Positions 46,106 to 58,900 of a DNA stretch of 64,000 bases are shown here, piece by piece. Both the position numbers and the translations under genes were made by a program. This stretch comes from Ctenodactylus gundi (taxonomy: Eukaryota), in the NCBI GenBank assembly GCA_048771875.1, contig CM109709.1:44260541-44324540 (forward strand), given 5' to 3'. Positions within the stretch are counted from its first letter, which is position 1. Each line of letters starts with the position of its first letter. The notes below the pieces were generated by a model. It was given only the letters and a program-made list of their open reading frames with translations, was not told where the DNA came from and did no database searches.

Positions 46106-46387
46106 CTGAGACAGAAAAAGCAGCTTCAAGTACGGAGATGGAGACCGTCCCTGGAGAAACCCACCCCAATATCCCTGAAATTCATCTCTAACAAAAAGAA
46201 TGGCAGTTAGGAAAGCGGTCCTCACTGCTCTTTGTCCCCAGAGCTCTTCCCAGCTGCTTCTGACACTCTGATTCCTTTAGTTCCTGGCTCAGGAGCATGT
46301 TCATGTTTAGTAGAGTATGGTATCCCCTGGGTCACCACTTTTCTGTGTCCCTCCCTTCCCAAATGACTAGAGGCGAGGCAGACTGAC

Positions 46388-46549
46388 TGGTGAGCGGGGT
46401 GGACGGTAGGGGCGTCTCTTGGCACGGTACTTCCGTGAATTGTACTTAGCCAGCTGGTACTCATCAAACTGGGCAAACTTGTCAGTCATAGCAGCCCGGA
46501 GGCAGGCAGGCAGGGGCACCAGCCTCTTCGCATATCCTTCAGCCAGGCT
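46388..46549 (-). CDS. Tep1: TEP1 exon
   Basis: Encodes SLAEGYAKRLVPLPACLRAAMTDKFAQFDEYQLAKYNSRKYRAKRRPYRPPRSP. Boundaries from ORF 46367..46627. Confidence 0.88.
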
Positions 46550-46969
46550 CTGCCAGAGAGAGAGGTGACCATTGGAAGTGAGACCCAACGGGATGCTCCA
46601 AAACCAAACAAGAGCATGGTTATTCATAGCAGACCAAAGAAAAGGAGCTAATTCCTAACTCCAGCTCTAAAATTACAATTTCTATGGTACTGGGCAGGTG
46701 AGCAGTTTTCTCCAATCATCATTTTCTCTGTTATAAACATGAACTCCAGAATAAGATCTTTTCTTTTTCTTCAAGCTTTGATGTAGCCCTTCTCCACAGC
46801 TCTCTTCCTTTTAGGCAACCTAGGCTGGCAAGAGAAGCAGTCCTACCTGAGCACCAGCACTGAGGAAAAGCCGAGGGGAGGCCACACTGCCTGAGAATTT
46901 TATCTAGGGTACAGTGAGGAAAAGAGAGGCAGCCAGTGAGGGCCACACTCAGGGCACTGAGAGCCGTAC

Positions 46970-47131
46970 CTGGTAGAACTCTGCAACCTGGATCCAGTCA
47001 GAAGGCAAGCGGACGATGGCACAGTAATATCGTCGCAGGTGGGGGCGGCAGACAGGCAAGAAGGCAGCAATGGCCAAGACTTTGTTGGCCATATCCCGGA
47101 GATTCAGCTGATGCCTGGCGTACAAAGATGC
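46970..47131 (-). CDS. Tep1: TEP1 exon
   Basis: Encodes ASLYARHQLNLRDMANKVLAIAAFLPVCRPHLRRYYCAIVRLPSDWIQVAEFYQ. Acceptor cctag|GCA, donor CAG|gtacgg. Confidence 0.83.
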
Positions 47132-47782
47132 CTAGGACACAGGGTGGTGTCTCAGTCACTTCCCATACATGATCTAACCTGTTACTCAATCAGCATGTCT
47201 AAAATCTCTTCTGAGACGCCCATGTTGTCCACAAAACACAAATCCCACAAGTTTGGGCCCGGCCTTCTCAGTCCTTGCAACCCAGCCTTTACCCCTGCCT
47301 TCTGATCTGCTTCCGCCTCAACCAGGCCCTTCTGCTTTTGGAAGATGGCTCATATCAGCATCTATGAAAACCTTACCAAGGCTTTAAATCACAGACTAAA
47401 CCTATCATTTTCTAAAGCCGTGTCTTCACTCTACTGAAACACCCACTACCTACTATCCAGCTGCATTTTCGGGATATGTGGGAAAGTGTCTTTGCCTTCC
47501 TAACAATAACACCCCCTCTCCCCACGAGCCAGGTCGTCTGTTAGCAGGATCCGCACAGCCCAGCCCTGCACTTAGCCTGTAGACCAGCTAAGCAAACCAC
47601 TCCCAATCTCATCCTTTCCCACACTCCACAAAACCCCCAGGACTAGGCCTCAGACTCACCCCAGATCCCTGTCCCTTCCCTTCCTAAATGAGATCCCTTC
47701 TACCGCAACGGAAGGCCGGTCACCACCCCTTTCCACCCTATCATCCAGCCTCCCACCCCTCCTGCCCTTCACACCACAGTAC

Positions 47783-47917
47783 CTTGAGGATGAACTCGGG
47801 CTCCAAGGGGGCGAGTTCACTGCAGACTTGCAGGATGGAAGCGTGGATGGGGTCAGCCGCGTCTTTCATGTTGACATGAGAGGCCAGCGTGGAGCACAGC
47901 AAGCTCAGTAAAGCCAT
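47783..47917 (-). CDS. Tep1: TEP1 exon
   Basis: Encodes MALLSLLCSTLASHVNMKDAADPIHASILQVCSELAPLEPEFILK. Acceptor gcctag|ATG, donor AAG|gtactg. Confidence 0.83.
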
Positions 47918-48336
47918 CTAGGCATCGGAAAGGAGGCAGGAAAGGACAGTGATGTGACGGGGACCAACCTAACTGTCCATGTGGAACGACTTACAGAATC
48001 AGGGACAGAGAAGATAGACCGCCAATTCAGGAAGCCGTCTATCCAATTTAGAGGTTATAAAAAGAGGATGCACTCCCAAAAAATACATCAGTATACCCAG
48101 CTCCAGATTATAAGGTACCTCTCTCCCTGTAAGGGCTTGCACTGTTTGAGTAGGAATGCCTAATTAATCCCTTTATTCCTTTTATTAAAAAAAAATAAAG
48201 GAGTGAAAAAAAAAGGGGATTAAGAAGTCAATAACGGCTGGGTCATGGTCCTTCCTTCCCGTTCCATCTGGAGAAGGGACCTGTCCAGTCCTCCGCCTCT
48301 ACCGCCATGAACCTCTCCCCCAGCTGGAAATTTCAC

Positions 48337-48519
48337 CTTCTTTTCCTGAAGGATCTGGTCAGTGGGCATGGGATGAGATGCGGAGTCCTCCGAGGTGAGT
48401 TCTGGGGCTAGTGCCTCGGCCTCCTCCTCTGCTCCCAAGCTGAGGTTGTACGAAGGCATTTGGGCCCCGTCCCCTCCACTCACTTCTGGCTTTTCCCCAT
48501 CTGCTGAATGGTGCTGGCC
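48337..48519 (-). CDS. Tep1: TEP1 exon
   Basis: Encodes GQHHSADGEKPEVSGGDGAQMPSYNLSLGAEEEAEALAPELTSEDSASHPMPTDQILQEKK. Boundaries from ORF 48220..48546. Confidence 0.86.
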
Positions 48520-50096
48520 CTGGGGATAACGGCAGTTCCAAATCACAGCATGTGGTCAGCCCCTCAGAGAGATCGGGAGACACCTCACAGACAGGAAAGA
48601 CCTACATCTCCACCCAGCACCTGTAAACGCCTCTCCAGACGCCAGCACTGACCAGCACTGATCTGCAGCGTGGTGTTCTCGCGCTCCCACACACACTATC
48701 TTTCCCCACTCGGCCTTTTGCGCCTTTGCCCCCGTGTTTCCTGAGCTCCTCCCTGTTCTTATTTTTTATTAACATCACCCCCTGGGATGCTACTAATTGC
48801 TACTTAATTTCTTCACTTTTTTTTTTTTTTTTTTGAGACAGATTGCTCTGTAGTCCAGACTGGTCCTAAACTCACTATGCAGCTCAGGCAGGTTTGGTTT
48901 TGAAGCACAGAAATCAGAAGAAAAAGAGCCAAGTCTCACGTCAGTCCCAGCAGCCTTGAGTGGCATAACCTCTTGGAACCCCAGCTCCTCCCTCTGCGCC
49001 AACAAAACCTGACAGGCGATTGGAAAAGCAAACTGAGTGTGCACACAGGACGCCGCACATCTCACAGTCCTAATTCAGGTTGAGATGGCAACAGTTGCAA
49101 GCCTGACAAAACTCGCAGCTACACTCGGACTGACTTTGGTTTTTTAGTGTTGTTAGCAATACTGGAGAATGAATCCAGGGCCTTTGCACCGAGCTACATA
49201 CCCAGGCCATTGTTAAATTTTTCTTTTAAAATGTTTTGTATTGCCAGCCCACTTTGTAGTTCTAATTTTGAGACAGGGTCTTGTTAGGTTGCCCAAGCTG
49301 GGCTCAAATTTGGATCCACCTGCCTGAGCCTCCTGGAGCACTGGAATTACAGGTCTGGCACCAGGCCCAGCTCTGACATTCTATAGGGGAAGAAATTGGA
49401 GCTGCAGGTATATAGTCCAGCAGTTACAGCATTTGTCTAGCAAGCTCAAGGCCCTGAGTTCAGTCCCCCAGCACCACATAAGCTGGGTGTAATAGCACAT
49501 GCCTGTCATCCCAGCACTCGGGAAGCTGAGACAGGATTGCTATGGTTTAAAGCCAGCCGGTAGGCTACACAGTGAATTCAGGACCATAGGAAGGTGTCTT
49601 GCTCCAGCATGCATATGTCACAATCAGCAGAGACAACACGGGTCCCAGGCTAGCTCTCCTCTGTCAAGCCCCATCTATCCCAAAGCATGTGTGCTTATCT
49701 ACAAATTCTGATCTGCATACTAACTGTGCTTATGCAGGTGTTCACAGTGGACATGGGTTTGCACAAGAACATGGAAGGAAGTGAGACTAGGAATGGCAGA
49801 CACAGCTCATGCCTGATCTCAGAAGCACTAGACTGACTTTGCTAAGGCAGTGTCACGCTGGATCTCCTCTGTAGACAGGGACAGCTTTCCATCTACTGTC
49901 CAGACCCCTAAATAAAGCAAGTGTAAGAAAGCTAAGCTGGGCACAGTGGCGTGGGCCTGCAATCCCAGCAAGGTGGGGAGCAGAGTAGGGTGGACTATGA
50001 GTCTGAATCCAGCCTGGACAACTCAATAACTTAGAGAGACACTGACTCAAAATAAAAAATAAAAATTGGCTCGGGATATAGGCTCAATCCTCAGTA

Positions 50097-50097
<1 letters not shown>

Positions 50098-50135
<38 letters not shown>
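50098..50135. repeat. (CA)19 microsatellite in a Tep1 intron
   Basis: Perfect acacac... run about 190 nt into the intron downstream of the first coding exon. Confidence 0.95.
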
Positions 50136-50142
<7 letters not shown>

Positions 50143-50321
50143 GAGTAATGAAGCAGATGAAGACAGCTCGAGAGTAAAGAGCACCTCAGAAGCGGTTGTC
50201 AGAGAAGGCACCCAGACACCAGGCAGCACCGACGGAGACTGAAGCACTGAAAGCCAGTGACAAAAGTATACAACAGACTAGGCTGGAGTCAAGGTGAGCA
50301 GAGCTCTCACCAAGTCACTAC

Positions 50322-50966
50322 CTGAACTCTCCCTGTAGCACAAGTGGATTTTGCAGCACTGGGACAAGTCAGAAGCTTGGGTTCCTCAGGCAGACTCGGA
50401 GCCCTTGTGTTTGGAGGCTCAGAGAGCAGGCGACTGCTGGTGTTCGGGCTGCACGAGTTGTCTTGCACCACGGAAGCTGTCGGGGGACACAGGGACAAGG
50501 AGCCGGCAAGCACGCTGTTCTTTGTACTCAAGAGGGTGGCCAGGCACTGGTTTTCCAAGGATAGGATGTCTGAGCAGGTAGACACATGACTGGGTGATAT
50601 TTCTATGGTCTTCAAGTCAGAAATTCTAGTCAGGCCCCGAGTCTTCAAGGGGAGGATGTCTGAGTGGACAGACATATGTCCAAGAGGTTTCTCCATGGGC
50701 TGTAGGCTAGGAAGCATGGCCAGGCACCGGTTCTCCAAGGAGAGGATGTCTGAGCGGGCAGACACATGACTATGTGATACTTCTATGGTCTTCAAGTCAG
50801 AAATTCTAGTCAGGCCCCGAGTCTTCAAGGAGAGGATGTCTGAGTGGACAGACGTATGTCCAAGAGGTTTCTCCATGGGCTGTAGGCTAGGAACCATGGC
50901 CAGGCACCGGTTCTCCAAGGAGAGGATGTCTGGGCAGACAGACACATGTCCATGGAGTTTCTCCAT
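50322..50966 (-). CDS. Tep1: TEP1 first coding exon (N-terminal 30-aa repeat domain; exon extends as 5'UTR to ~50990)
   Basis: ATG at 50966 has an in-frame TGA 15 nt upstream. Encodes MEKLHGHVSVCPDILSLENRCLAMVPSLQP... with four to five 30-aa TEP1_N repeats, ending ...ATGRVQ|gtagtg. Acceptor ttctag|GCG at 50990. Confidence 0.9.
50581..50940 (-). repeat. Tep1: Two near-identical 180-bp tandem units inside the Tep1 N-terminal coding exon
   Basis: 50581-50760 and 50761-50940 differ at only a few positions (gacacatgact[ga]...tctccaaggagaggatgtctg[ag]gc...). Each unit encodes two 30-aa TEP1_N repeats. A more diverged partial unit lies at 50520-50580. Confidence 0.85.
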
Positions 50967-52970
50967 AGCTGCATCCCACCTAGTTCACGCCTAGAAGGAA
51001 AGACAGGTGATGAGCATTTGGCTGGAAAGGGCGTATATGCTCTGGAAATACCATATCCTTTCTGATTAAACTCGTGACCTGCAGACAAAAAAAAATTATC
51101 AATATTTTTTCTTCCAGAGCTGGATTCCTCCATGGAGTATTTTAAGAAAGAGAAGTGTTGTGGCTTGGATCTAGAATGTCCCCCCCACAAAGCCTCATGT
51201 GTTTGGAAGGTGAGTGGGCAGTAGGAGTGAACTGGATATTGTTGATTAATCTATGGATTAATTCTGGTTGCCAATGGAGCAATCACTGAGAGTATGGAGG
51301 ACCACCATGGGGGTGGAGCTTGGAGAGATGTACTCTTGTCCCAGCTTCTCCCCAGGCCCTCTCCTTCCTCTTGTGATGCTGTGAACAGCTGTTCTCCACC
51401 CTTCCCTTCCTCCACTCCATCACTGCCAGCTGATCACAAATGGACTGAAACCTCTCAAATGTGAGCTAAAAGAAATCTTCCCTCCCTTAAGATGTGGGTG
51501 CCTGGTATTGTGCCCCAGCAATGAGCCAGTGGCAAAGACAAAGAGTAAGAAAGGGTAAGGGAAAGGCTTAAAAACAAGGCGGGGAGAATATCTGGAGGGG
51601 AAGGAATATATCTTTATGTGAGACGGTAAAGGAGACACACCAGGACACTCAGTATAATCCTAATTTAGTAGAACAGACTCATTTATAATCTGAACTCTGG
51701 ATTCTCAGATCCTGAAAAACATATTTACCACTCTGTCTTAGTTACTTATTCATTGCTATTACAGAATATTCAACATCCACAATTTAAGGGAGGAAAGAAT
51801 TATTTAACTCTCAGTTTCAGAAGGTCCCACACAGTCCTTTCATGGGCGGCTGGCAATAGTGGAAGCACACGGCAGAGGCCAGAGCTTTCCCAGGAGGAAG
51901 CTGCAACAATGCTTCTGCTTCCTTCACTTAGTTGACACTGCCAGTTGCTTTAACCCTCACTTCCTGGCCCACAAATCAATAGCAAACACCTGAAAGCTCT
52001 GCCATGGGCAACTGCCAGTCTCAGCAAGTCGATACAGACTTTCAGGTCAAACCCCAAGCAACAGCCCCTTCTGGCCAGGCCCTAACTCCTAATAACACAC
52101 AGGTCCACAGTTATATCACTACATCCAAATATATGAGGCTTTTGGGGGACACTCCAGATCCAAACCATAGCACACTCCAACTTCTACTTGCCTTTTTAAA
52201 ATTTTTATTTATTTATTTGGTACTAGATTGAACCTAAAGCCTTCACACTGATCTTCATCTCCAGAATTTTGACGTCATGTTTTAAGCTTTAAATTTTTGA
52301 CAGAGGGTCTCACTAAGTTGCCTAGGCCAGGCTTAAACTTGTGACTCTCCCACCTCAATTTCCCAGAATGCTGGGATTACAGGCCTGGCCTCTTGTCCTA
52401 ATGTGACTCATTCTTCTATCAACTAAATGGTGTCCTGTCCCCACTTGTCCACCCAGACTGCCCTCTTAGTAACACACAGTCTTCTTGCTGCTAGCATAAG
52501 CTACATCTTGTCCCTTATTTTACTTCAGTCCTTAAGCAGACTACGACACCACACCACAATCACTCACTCACTTAAACTCTCTCTTCTACACCAGGCCCAG
52601 TGGCACAGCACTGAGAGTCACTGAAGTGGGAGGATAGCAAGTTGAAGCCCAGCCTGGGCAATTTAGTGACTTAGAAATACATCGTCTCAAATCAAAATAA
52701 AAGGGCTGAGGGCATAGCTCAGCAGTTCGGGTGCTTGTCTAGCAAGGCAAAGCCTGGGGTTTAATTCCCCAGCACCACATAAACTGGGTATGGTGGCACA
52801 TTTTTGTAATCCCAGCACTAGAGAGACTGAGGCAGGAGGACAGCCATGTGTTTGAGGGCAGCTCATAGTGAGTTAAGGACCAGTCTGGACTAGAAACCAA
52901 TATCTTGTCTCAAAATAAAATAATAAAATAAAAATTTAAAAGGCTGGGATGTAGCACAATGTGTTCTGGT

Positions 52971-53003
<33 letters not shown>

Positions 53004-53879
53004 TTTGAGACAGGGTCTCACTCTGCAGACCAGTTTGATCCTGAACTATGTAGACCAGGCTGGCCTTAAACTCATCACATCAATCCTCCTGACTCAGCCT
53101 CCCGACTGCACGTATCATCTCAGAGCCTTGGGTTTGCTGAGCAAGTGCTCTAACCACTGTGCTATTCCTCCAGTCCTGTTCTGATTTTCTTGCAACAATT
53201 TTGACTATATCCTCTTGGGGATTCTTTCTCTGCCACTCCTTAAAACTGATTCTCTTACAGTTCTGTTCTAATTTGTACTGGGGTGGTCTGCTCTACTCTG
53301 TGGCTCCAGACACATGCAGATCACACACATATTCCTTGATCTAGGTTTTTCCTCTCATTTACCCCCTTGCCCGTTGGACCTCTCTACTGAGACAAACACA
53401 GCTGCTTAGAGTCTTCCCTCCACTGCGTTCCCTTCCCCAGAAGTTATTGCTTCCGGGTGCACATTTCAGACACCTTCTATACATTACAAATTTATAAACG
53501 TGCCTCTACCGCCATCGCCCTTTGCTTACAAGATCATACTTAGGCACTCTCCTGGTCCGAGGCCACATAGATTTTACCCTGCAAACGCCTTAGCGCCCCG
53601 CTCTGCTCTAGCTTGGGTGTGTGCACCCGGCTTGCTATGAAAAAGGTCTCATTCTAACCCGGACGTGAAGACATATGCGTGTAATTCCAAAACTCCTGTA
53701 GGCGAGGTGGGCCAACTTGCATGCCCAGTCCAGGCAACTTCAAGACTGCTCAAGACCCTGTCTCCAAATAAAAATATAAAAGGATGAGCTCAGTGTGGCG
53801 GGCCTGGGTTCCATCACCAGTGTAGGGGGTAATGGGAGGAGTATTTCCCCTCAAAATAGCCTCTGACCTCACACGCCCC

Positions 53880-54560
53880 CACCCCGCACTACCTGGGCTC
53901 TGGCACTCAGCCACATCTCCAGCCCTTTTTTCGTGTTTTAATTTGAGGCAGAGTCCCGCCAGTTCGCTCCGTTTCCAGGCCGGGCTGGAACCTGCGATCC
54001 TGCGGCCCCCAGTCCCCGGGGCGTGCGCCACCACCTGGGGGACAGCTCCTTCCTCGGTTCAAGGAGCGCTCAGGGCGGGACGAGGCTCGCTCTCCCGCTC
54101 TCCCGCCTCTGCCGGCTCCGGCGCCCCTCCGCCCGCGCCTCCCTTCTCCCTCACCTCGCCGTCTTCCCCGCACCACACGCCCCGCTCCTACCGTCCGGGT
54201 CCGCCCCTGCACCGCGGCCCGGCCAGGCGCACCTGCGACCCTCAGCGGCGACGCGGGGCTGCGAGCTGCCGCCCTGTCACGGGGCCAAAGGGACCCGGAA
54301 AGCCGGAAGCCGAAGCTGCGCCTCGGGATAGGCCGCTGAGGAGGCGCGGGAGGGCCGGACCCGGGTGGGGACGCCCCCCTCCGGGGGCGGGGGAGGACGC
54401 CGCGGGCCGGGTGCCCGGAAGCCCGGGAGGACGCCCGGAGGACGTCCGCGGCTTCTTCTGGCCACGGGTTTGGTTTGTTGTCTTTCCTCTTTCTTCTTGA
54501 TTTCTTTTCTCTATCCTTCGGCCCCTCCCTCTCCTTGCTCCCCTTTCTTACCGGGGACAA
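53880..54560 (-). promoter_or_regulatory. Tep1: CpG island: putative Tep1 promoter and non-coding first exon
   Basis: About 680 bp with dense CpG and GC content above 75%. Contains GGGCGG boxes and a tandem CCGGAAGCCGGAAGC ETS/GABP-like motif near 54295-54317. Sits ~3 kb upstream of the Tep1 ATG exon on the minus strand. Confidence 0.6.
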
Positions 54561-55454
54561 GTTGCTAGATCTTCCAGACTAGGCTGGGATTTGGCACCCT
54601 CCTGTCGCTGCCTCCAGAGTGCTGAGATCACGGGCCTATGCCACTGGCCCTGGAAAAAATTATGTGCTTGTCTAGCAAGGCAAAGCCCAGCACTCAGGAG
54701 GCTGAGGCAGGAGGACTGCAGTGAGTTTGAGGCCAGCCTGGACTACGGAGCAAGACCTTGTTTCTAAATAAATAAATAATAGATAAATGAGATAACAGAT
54801 TCAGAGTTCTTAGCATACTGCCTCCCACGTAGAGAGCAGATAAACACAGGTACAATCAGAGTCAGGGGCAGGACAATTGAAAAGTAGGCACTGGTGATAG
54901 ACTGCTTGCCTGAGGCAAGCTGGCACAGTGGGTGTGGGTGTGTGGCTTGGGGTGGAGCCCAGATAAGCCTACATTCCTATCAGCAGCAACATCAGCCTGG
55001 AGCAGCCCATGTCCCTCTGAATAGCTGACTGTTCAGGGGCCTCTAGCGCCTGCATTGGCTACCTGGTTTGGCATCATTCAACTCTCTAAAAGGATCTGGC
55101 CTGGGAACCTGATTTACAGACTGTCCAGGCACATTTTCCCCAATGTGCCTAGAACTCCTAGGACTATGTCAAGTTCTGGGCCTCAGGTCAACATTATGGC
55201 AACAGTGTGGGTCCACACCCTGCACCCAATGCAGTGAGGGACTCGTGCCTCCACCCCAGCAATCAACTGGAACTTGAACCTCATTTATTGGTTCGAACTC
55301 AATACAAGGCTGAACTTTATTATTCTCATAATTATTACATGCTGAATTCGCTATAATAAAAGCTTGAAAAACTATTTCTCAGAGGGGAAAAACTATAATC
55401 TCATTGTATATATGTATATTTTGGTAGTTATCTCCCCAGGAGCTGTGAAAAATT

Positions 55455-55990
55455 CAGACTTTTTCACCTGGGGTGTTCTTTTTCTTTTCTTTTCTTTTCT
55501 TTTTAAGACAGAGTCTTACTCTCTGTAGCCCAGGCTGCTCCTGAACTCACCATGGAGCCCAGGCTGGCCTTGGACTCACAGCAATCCTCCTGCCTCAGCC
55601 TCCTGAGTGCTCGGATTATGGACATGTGCCACCATGCCTGGCTTATGTGGTGCTGGAGAATCAAACTCAGGTACTTAGTGCTTGACTTAGCACTTGCTAG
55701 GAAGTGCTTTAACTGCTGAGCCATTCCTCTCACCTGGGATGATTTTAGTTTTGTTTGTTTGTTTGTTTGTTTTTGAGATAGAGTCTCGCTCTGTAGTCCA
55801 TGCTGCTCCTGAACTCACTATGTAGCCCCAGGTTGGCCTTGACAATCTTCCGGTCTCAGCCTCCTGAGTCTGGGTTACAGGTATGCACCGCCACTAGCTT
55901 ATGGTAGCTTCTGTGGTGCTGGGGAATCAAACTCGGGGCCTTGTGCTTGCTAGGCAAGTGCTCTAACTGCTGTGCTCCAACCCCACTTGG
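55455..55990 (-). repeat. Two tandem composite SINEs (minus orientation) between the Tep1 promoter and Klhl33
   Basis: Both start with a T-rich RC tail (ttcttttcttttcttttctttttaagacagagtcttactc... and gtttgtttgtttgtttgtttttgagatagagtctcgctc...) and end with the RC tRNA-like head. Confidence 0.75.
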
Positions 55991-58900
55991 CCACTTGGGA
56001 CCCTTTGATCCTACGAGTTAGCCAGTTGTTAGAATATACTCTGTGATCCTGAAAGAGTAATTATGACTATCCTTCTATAGATCTATCCTATCGGGCTTCC
56101 CCTAGCCAGCTTCTTGCTCCCTGTGTAGACATGTCACCTGGAGATTCCTCTCATGAGAAGCCTGAGCTTGGGAATGTAGCTCAGTGGTAGGGTGCTCACC
56201 CAGCATTTGTGCATTCGTGCCACCCTGGGTGCAACCCCCTCCACTGCACGAAAGACAGCCAAGCAGACGAAAGACTGAAAGAAAGGAAAAAAGAAAGAGA
56301 CCTCTCTCTCTCTTCATTGTCTAGACTGCATAGTATACTTCTATTTCCTGCACTGTGTAAAGAAAGGTCTGAATTGCAAGATATCCAAAATCTCGTCACT
56401 CTTCCAAGGCCCAGTGATGCCAGCCCATAATCTCAGATTTTTTTTTTTTTTTTTTTTTTGAGACAGGGTTTTGCTCTGAGTTCAGGCTGGTAGCTCACTA
56501 TGGAGCCCAGGCTAGCCCTGGACTCAAAGCAATTCTCCTGCCTTAGCTTCCCAAGTGCTGGGATTATAGGCATGTACCACCAGGCCTGGCTTATGTTGTG
56601 CTGCGGAATTGAACTCAGGGCCTATGCTTGCTAGGTAAGTGCCTTAAGCCCCTGTAATCTCAGAATTTTGGAAGGCTGAGGCAGGAGAATCACAAATTTG
56701 AGCTCATCTTGGAGCATTTTAGCAAGTTAGAGAAACCCTGTCTCAAACTGAGGCTGGGGACATAGCTCAGTATGAAGGCTCTGGGTTCAATCCCTAGTCC
56801 CCAGTACAGGGAGGAAAAAAAAAAAAAAAACCCTCTCTATTCTATTATGTATATATTTATTTATTTTTAGCATTACTGGAGATAGAAACCTGGACCTTCA
56901 CTAAGCCCCCAGGGCTTTTTAAATTTTTATTCTTCCAGGCCTGTGCCACTAGGCCCAGCTTCTGTGTAGGTGTTTTTGCTCTGTCCACCTCAGCTGTTCT
57001 AGCCCTCAGCTGCCAGCCCCTGCGGCAGTAAGGCCACACCTTCTGGGAAAATATAATGTTGTTTTATTGCCGCTGCTCTGGTAACAGAAAAACTAAGTGC
57101 TCTGGTAACAGAAAAACTAAGTAAGGGGTCACCCACCAACGGCTCCCTCTAGAGGCAGGGAAGGCCACTTGCGGGAGAAGGGGCTGTTGCGAAGCCCTCT
57201 GGTTCTACAGGAAGCTGAGGGGGAATGAGACAGCTACACTATTAGCCAAATTATACACAGCTCTACTTTGAATTTTATTATTTTTTTCTTTTTTTGAAAC
57301 AGGGTCTGCTCTGTAACCCAGGCTGGTCCTGAACTCACCGATGTAGCCCAGGCTGGCTTTGGACAAGCCCCCTGCCTCAGCCTCACCAGGGCTAGGATTA
57401 TAGCTGTGAACCACCATGCCCCGCTTTATGTGGTGCTGGAGAATCGAACTGAAGGTCACGCTTTGACCACTGTGCCATTCCTCCAGCCCCTCTATTTTGA
57501 ATTTTATAGCAGAGAAACTCAGACGTGAATCATTTCATCACTATGAACTTTTTATTTACAGCCATCTTTGACACAAAGCACAAAAAAAAGTTCCCATTTC
57601 ACCCAATTCCTCTGGCTTCTCCTTCTCAAGCTGGTGAGCCTGTACATATACATAATATGTATAATATATGTGTAATTTTCAGTGCTTGGAGCCAATCCTA
57701 GACCTGACAGATGCTAGGCAAGTGAACAGCAACATCTCTAGCCCCATGGGGGAGTCTCTAGCAGACCTGAAGATTCCTCTCAAAGTGCCCTTCTTTGGAG
57801 ACACCTTCTGTAATGGAAGCCCCTGGGCAGAGGTCACACCTCCATCCTCCAGACTCTCATAGGACTTTGTCATACTTCTAAGCCCACTGTAACATTTGCC
57901 TCAGCTTACATGCCTCTCCTCTGGTCAGGAGCTCTCTAACCGGTACCACTGGTAGTTCATACAATGCCTGCCACATACTAGGTGATTAATAACTGTGAGG
58001 GAGAAAGGACCGAGGCAAAAAATAACAAAACCAAAACAACAACAAAAAAGCCCACATGGAAGAGCCAGATAGAGGAAGGAAGAGAGAGTGTACCTAACTC
58101 AATTTTTCCTGGCCAAGAACAAGGGAAATATAAGCTGGGTGTGGTGGTGTGTGCTTGTAATCACAGCACTTGGAAGGCTGAGGCAGGAGGATTGCTATGT
58201 GAGGCCAGCCTGGGCTCCATAGTGAATTCAGGACCAGCCTGGGTTGCAGAGTGAGACCCTGTCTCAAAAAGAAAAAAGAAAAGGAAAAAAGAAAGAAATA
58301 GACTAAAAACAAAACAAAACAAAAAACACCGAGGCAGTGGGAGACAGGGACAGTGGGGAGCTGCTCTGCTTCTCCCTGTCTTCTCTGCCATTCCTTTTCT
58401 CTCTGCCAATTCTTCTCAGGCCTTGAGATGTCACCACACTATCCTGCTTGCACCCTTGACCTGCGGGTTACCCAGACAGAAGGAAATAAGCCAGACCAGT
58501 GTCCCACTCCTTTCATTCCATTCAAGCTTCCCATCATCCTATTCACCATGGGCATCTCTCCCTTGGCCTCTGCCCTCCCTGCTCCTCAGCCTCTATACTA
58601 CCCGGGTCCGAATGGGAATCTACCCCAGACAAAGGCCTAATGGTTCTCAGGGCAGCATAAGGAGCCTCAGCTGCAAAATGACCTGAATGAGAGCAGTACT
58701 GAGGGGCTGGGGTATAGCCCAGTGGCCAAAGCACCTGCCTAGCATGCACAGCGCCCTGGGTTTGATCATCCAACACCACATAAAAATTAGCTTGGTGTAG
58801 TGGCACACACCTGTTTGAGGCCAGCCTAGGCTAATAGTGACTTCAGGACCTGCCTGGATTACAGAGCAAGACTCTGTCTCAAAAAAAAAAAAAAAAAAAA

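Noticed and set aside
50581-50940. Regular 180-bp tandem repeats considered as a possible CRISPR-like or satellite array
   Set aside because: Eukaryotic coding sequence: the period equals two 30-aa protein repeats of TEP1, with no spacer or repeat architecture. Reported instead as an intragenic tandem duplication.
50307-51190. Overlapping alternative-frame ORFs (50344..50589 +, 50351..50581 +, 50785..50994 +, 50825..51190 -) around the Tep1 N-terminal exon
   Set aside because: They are by-products of the 180-bp tandem repeat, which keeps several frames open. The only frame with TEP1 homology and a proper ATG and splice donor is 50322-50966 (-).
53832-54560. Long ORFs 53832..54500 (+, 222 aa) and 53907..54560 (-, 217 aa)
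   Set aside because: They lie wholly within a CpG island. Their Pro/Arg/Gly/Ala-rich, low-complexity translations are typical of GC-rich non-coding sequence, and the overlapping antisense ORFs reinforce this. No homology or splice context.
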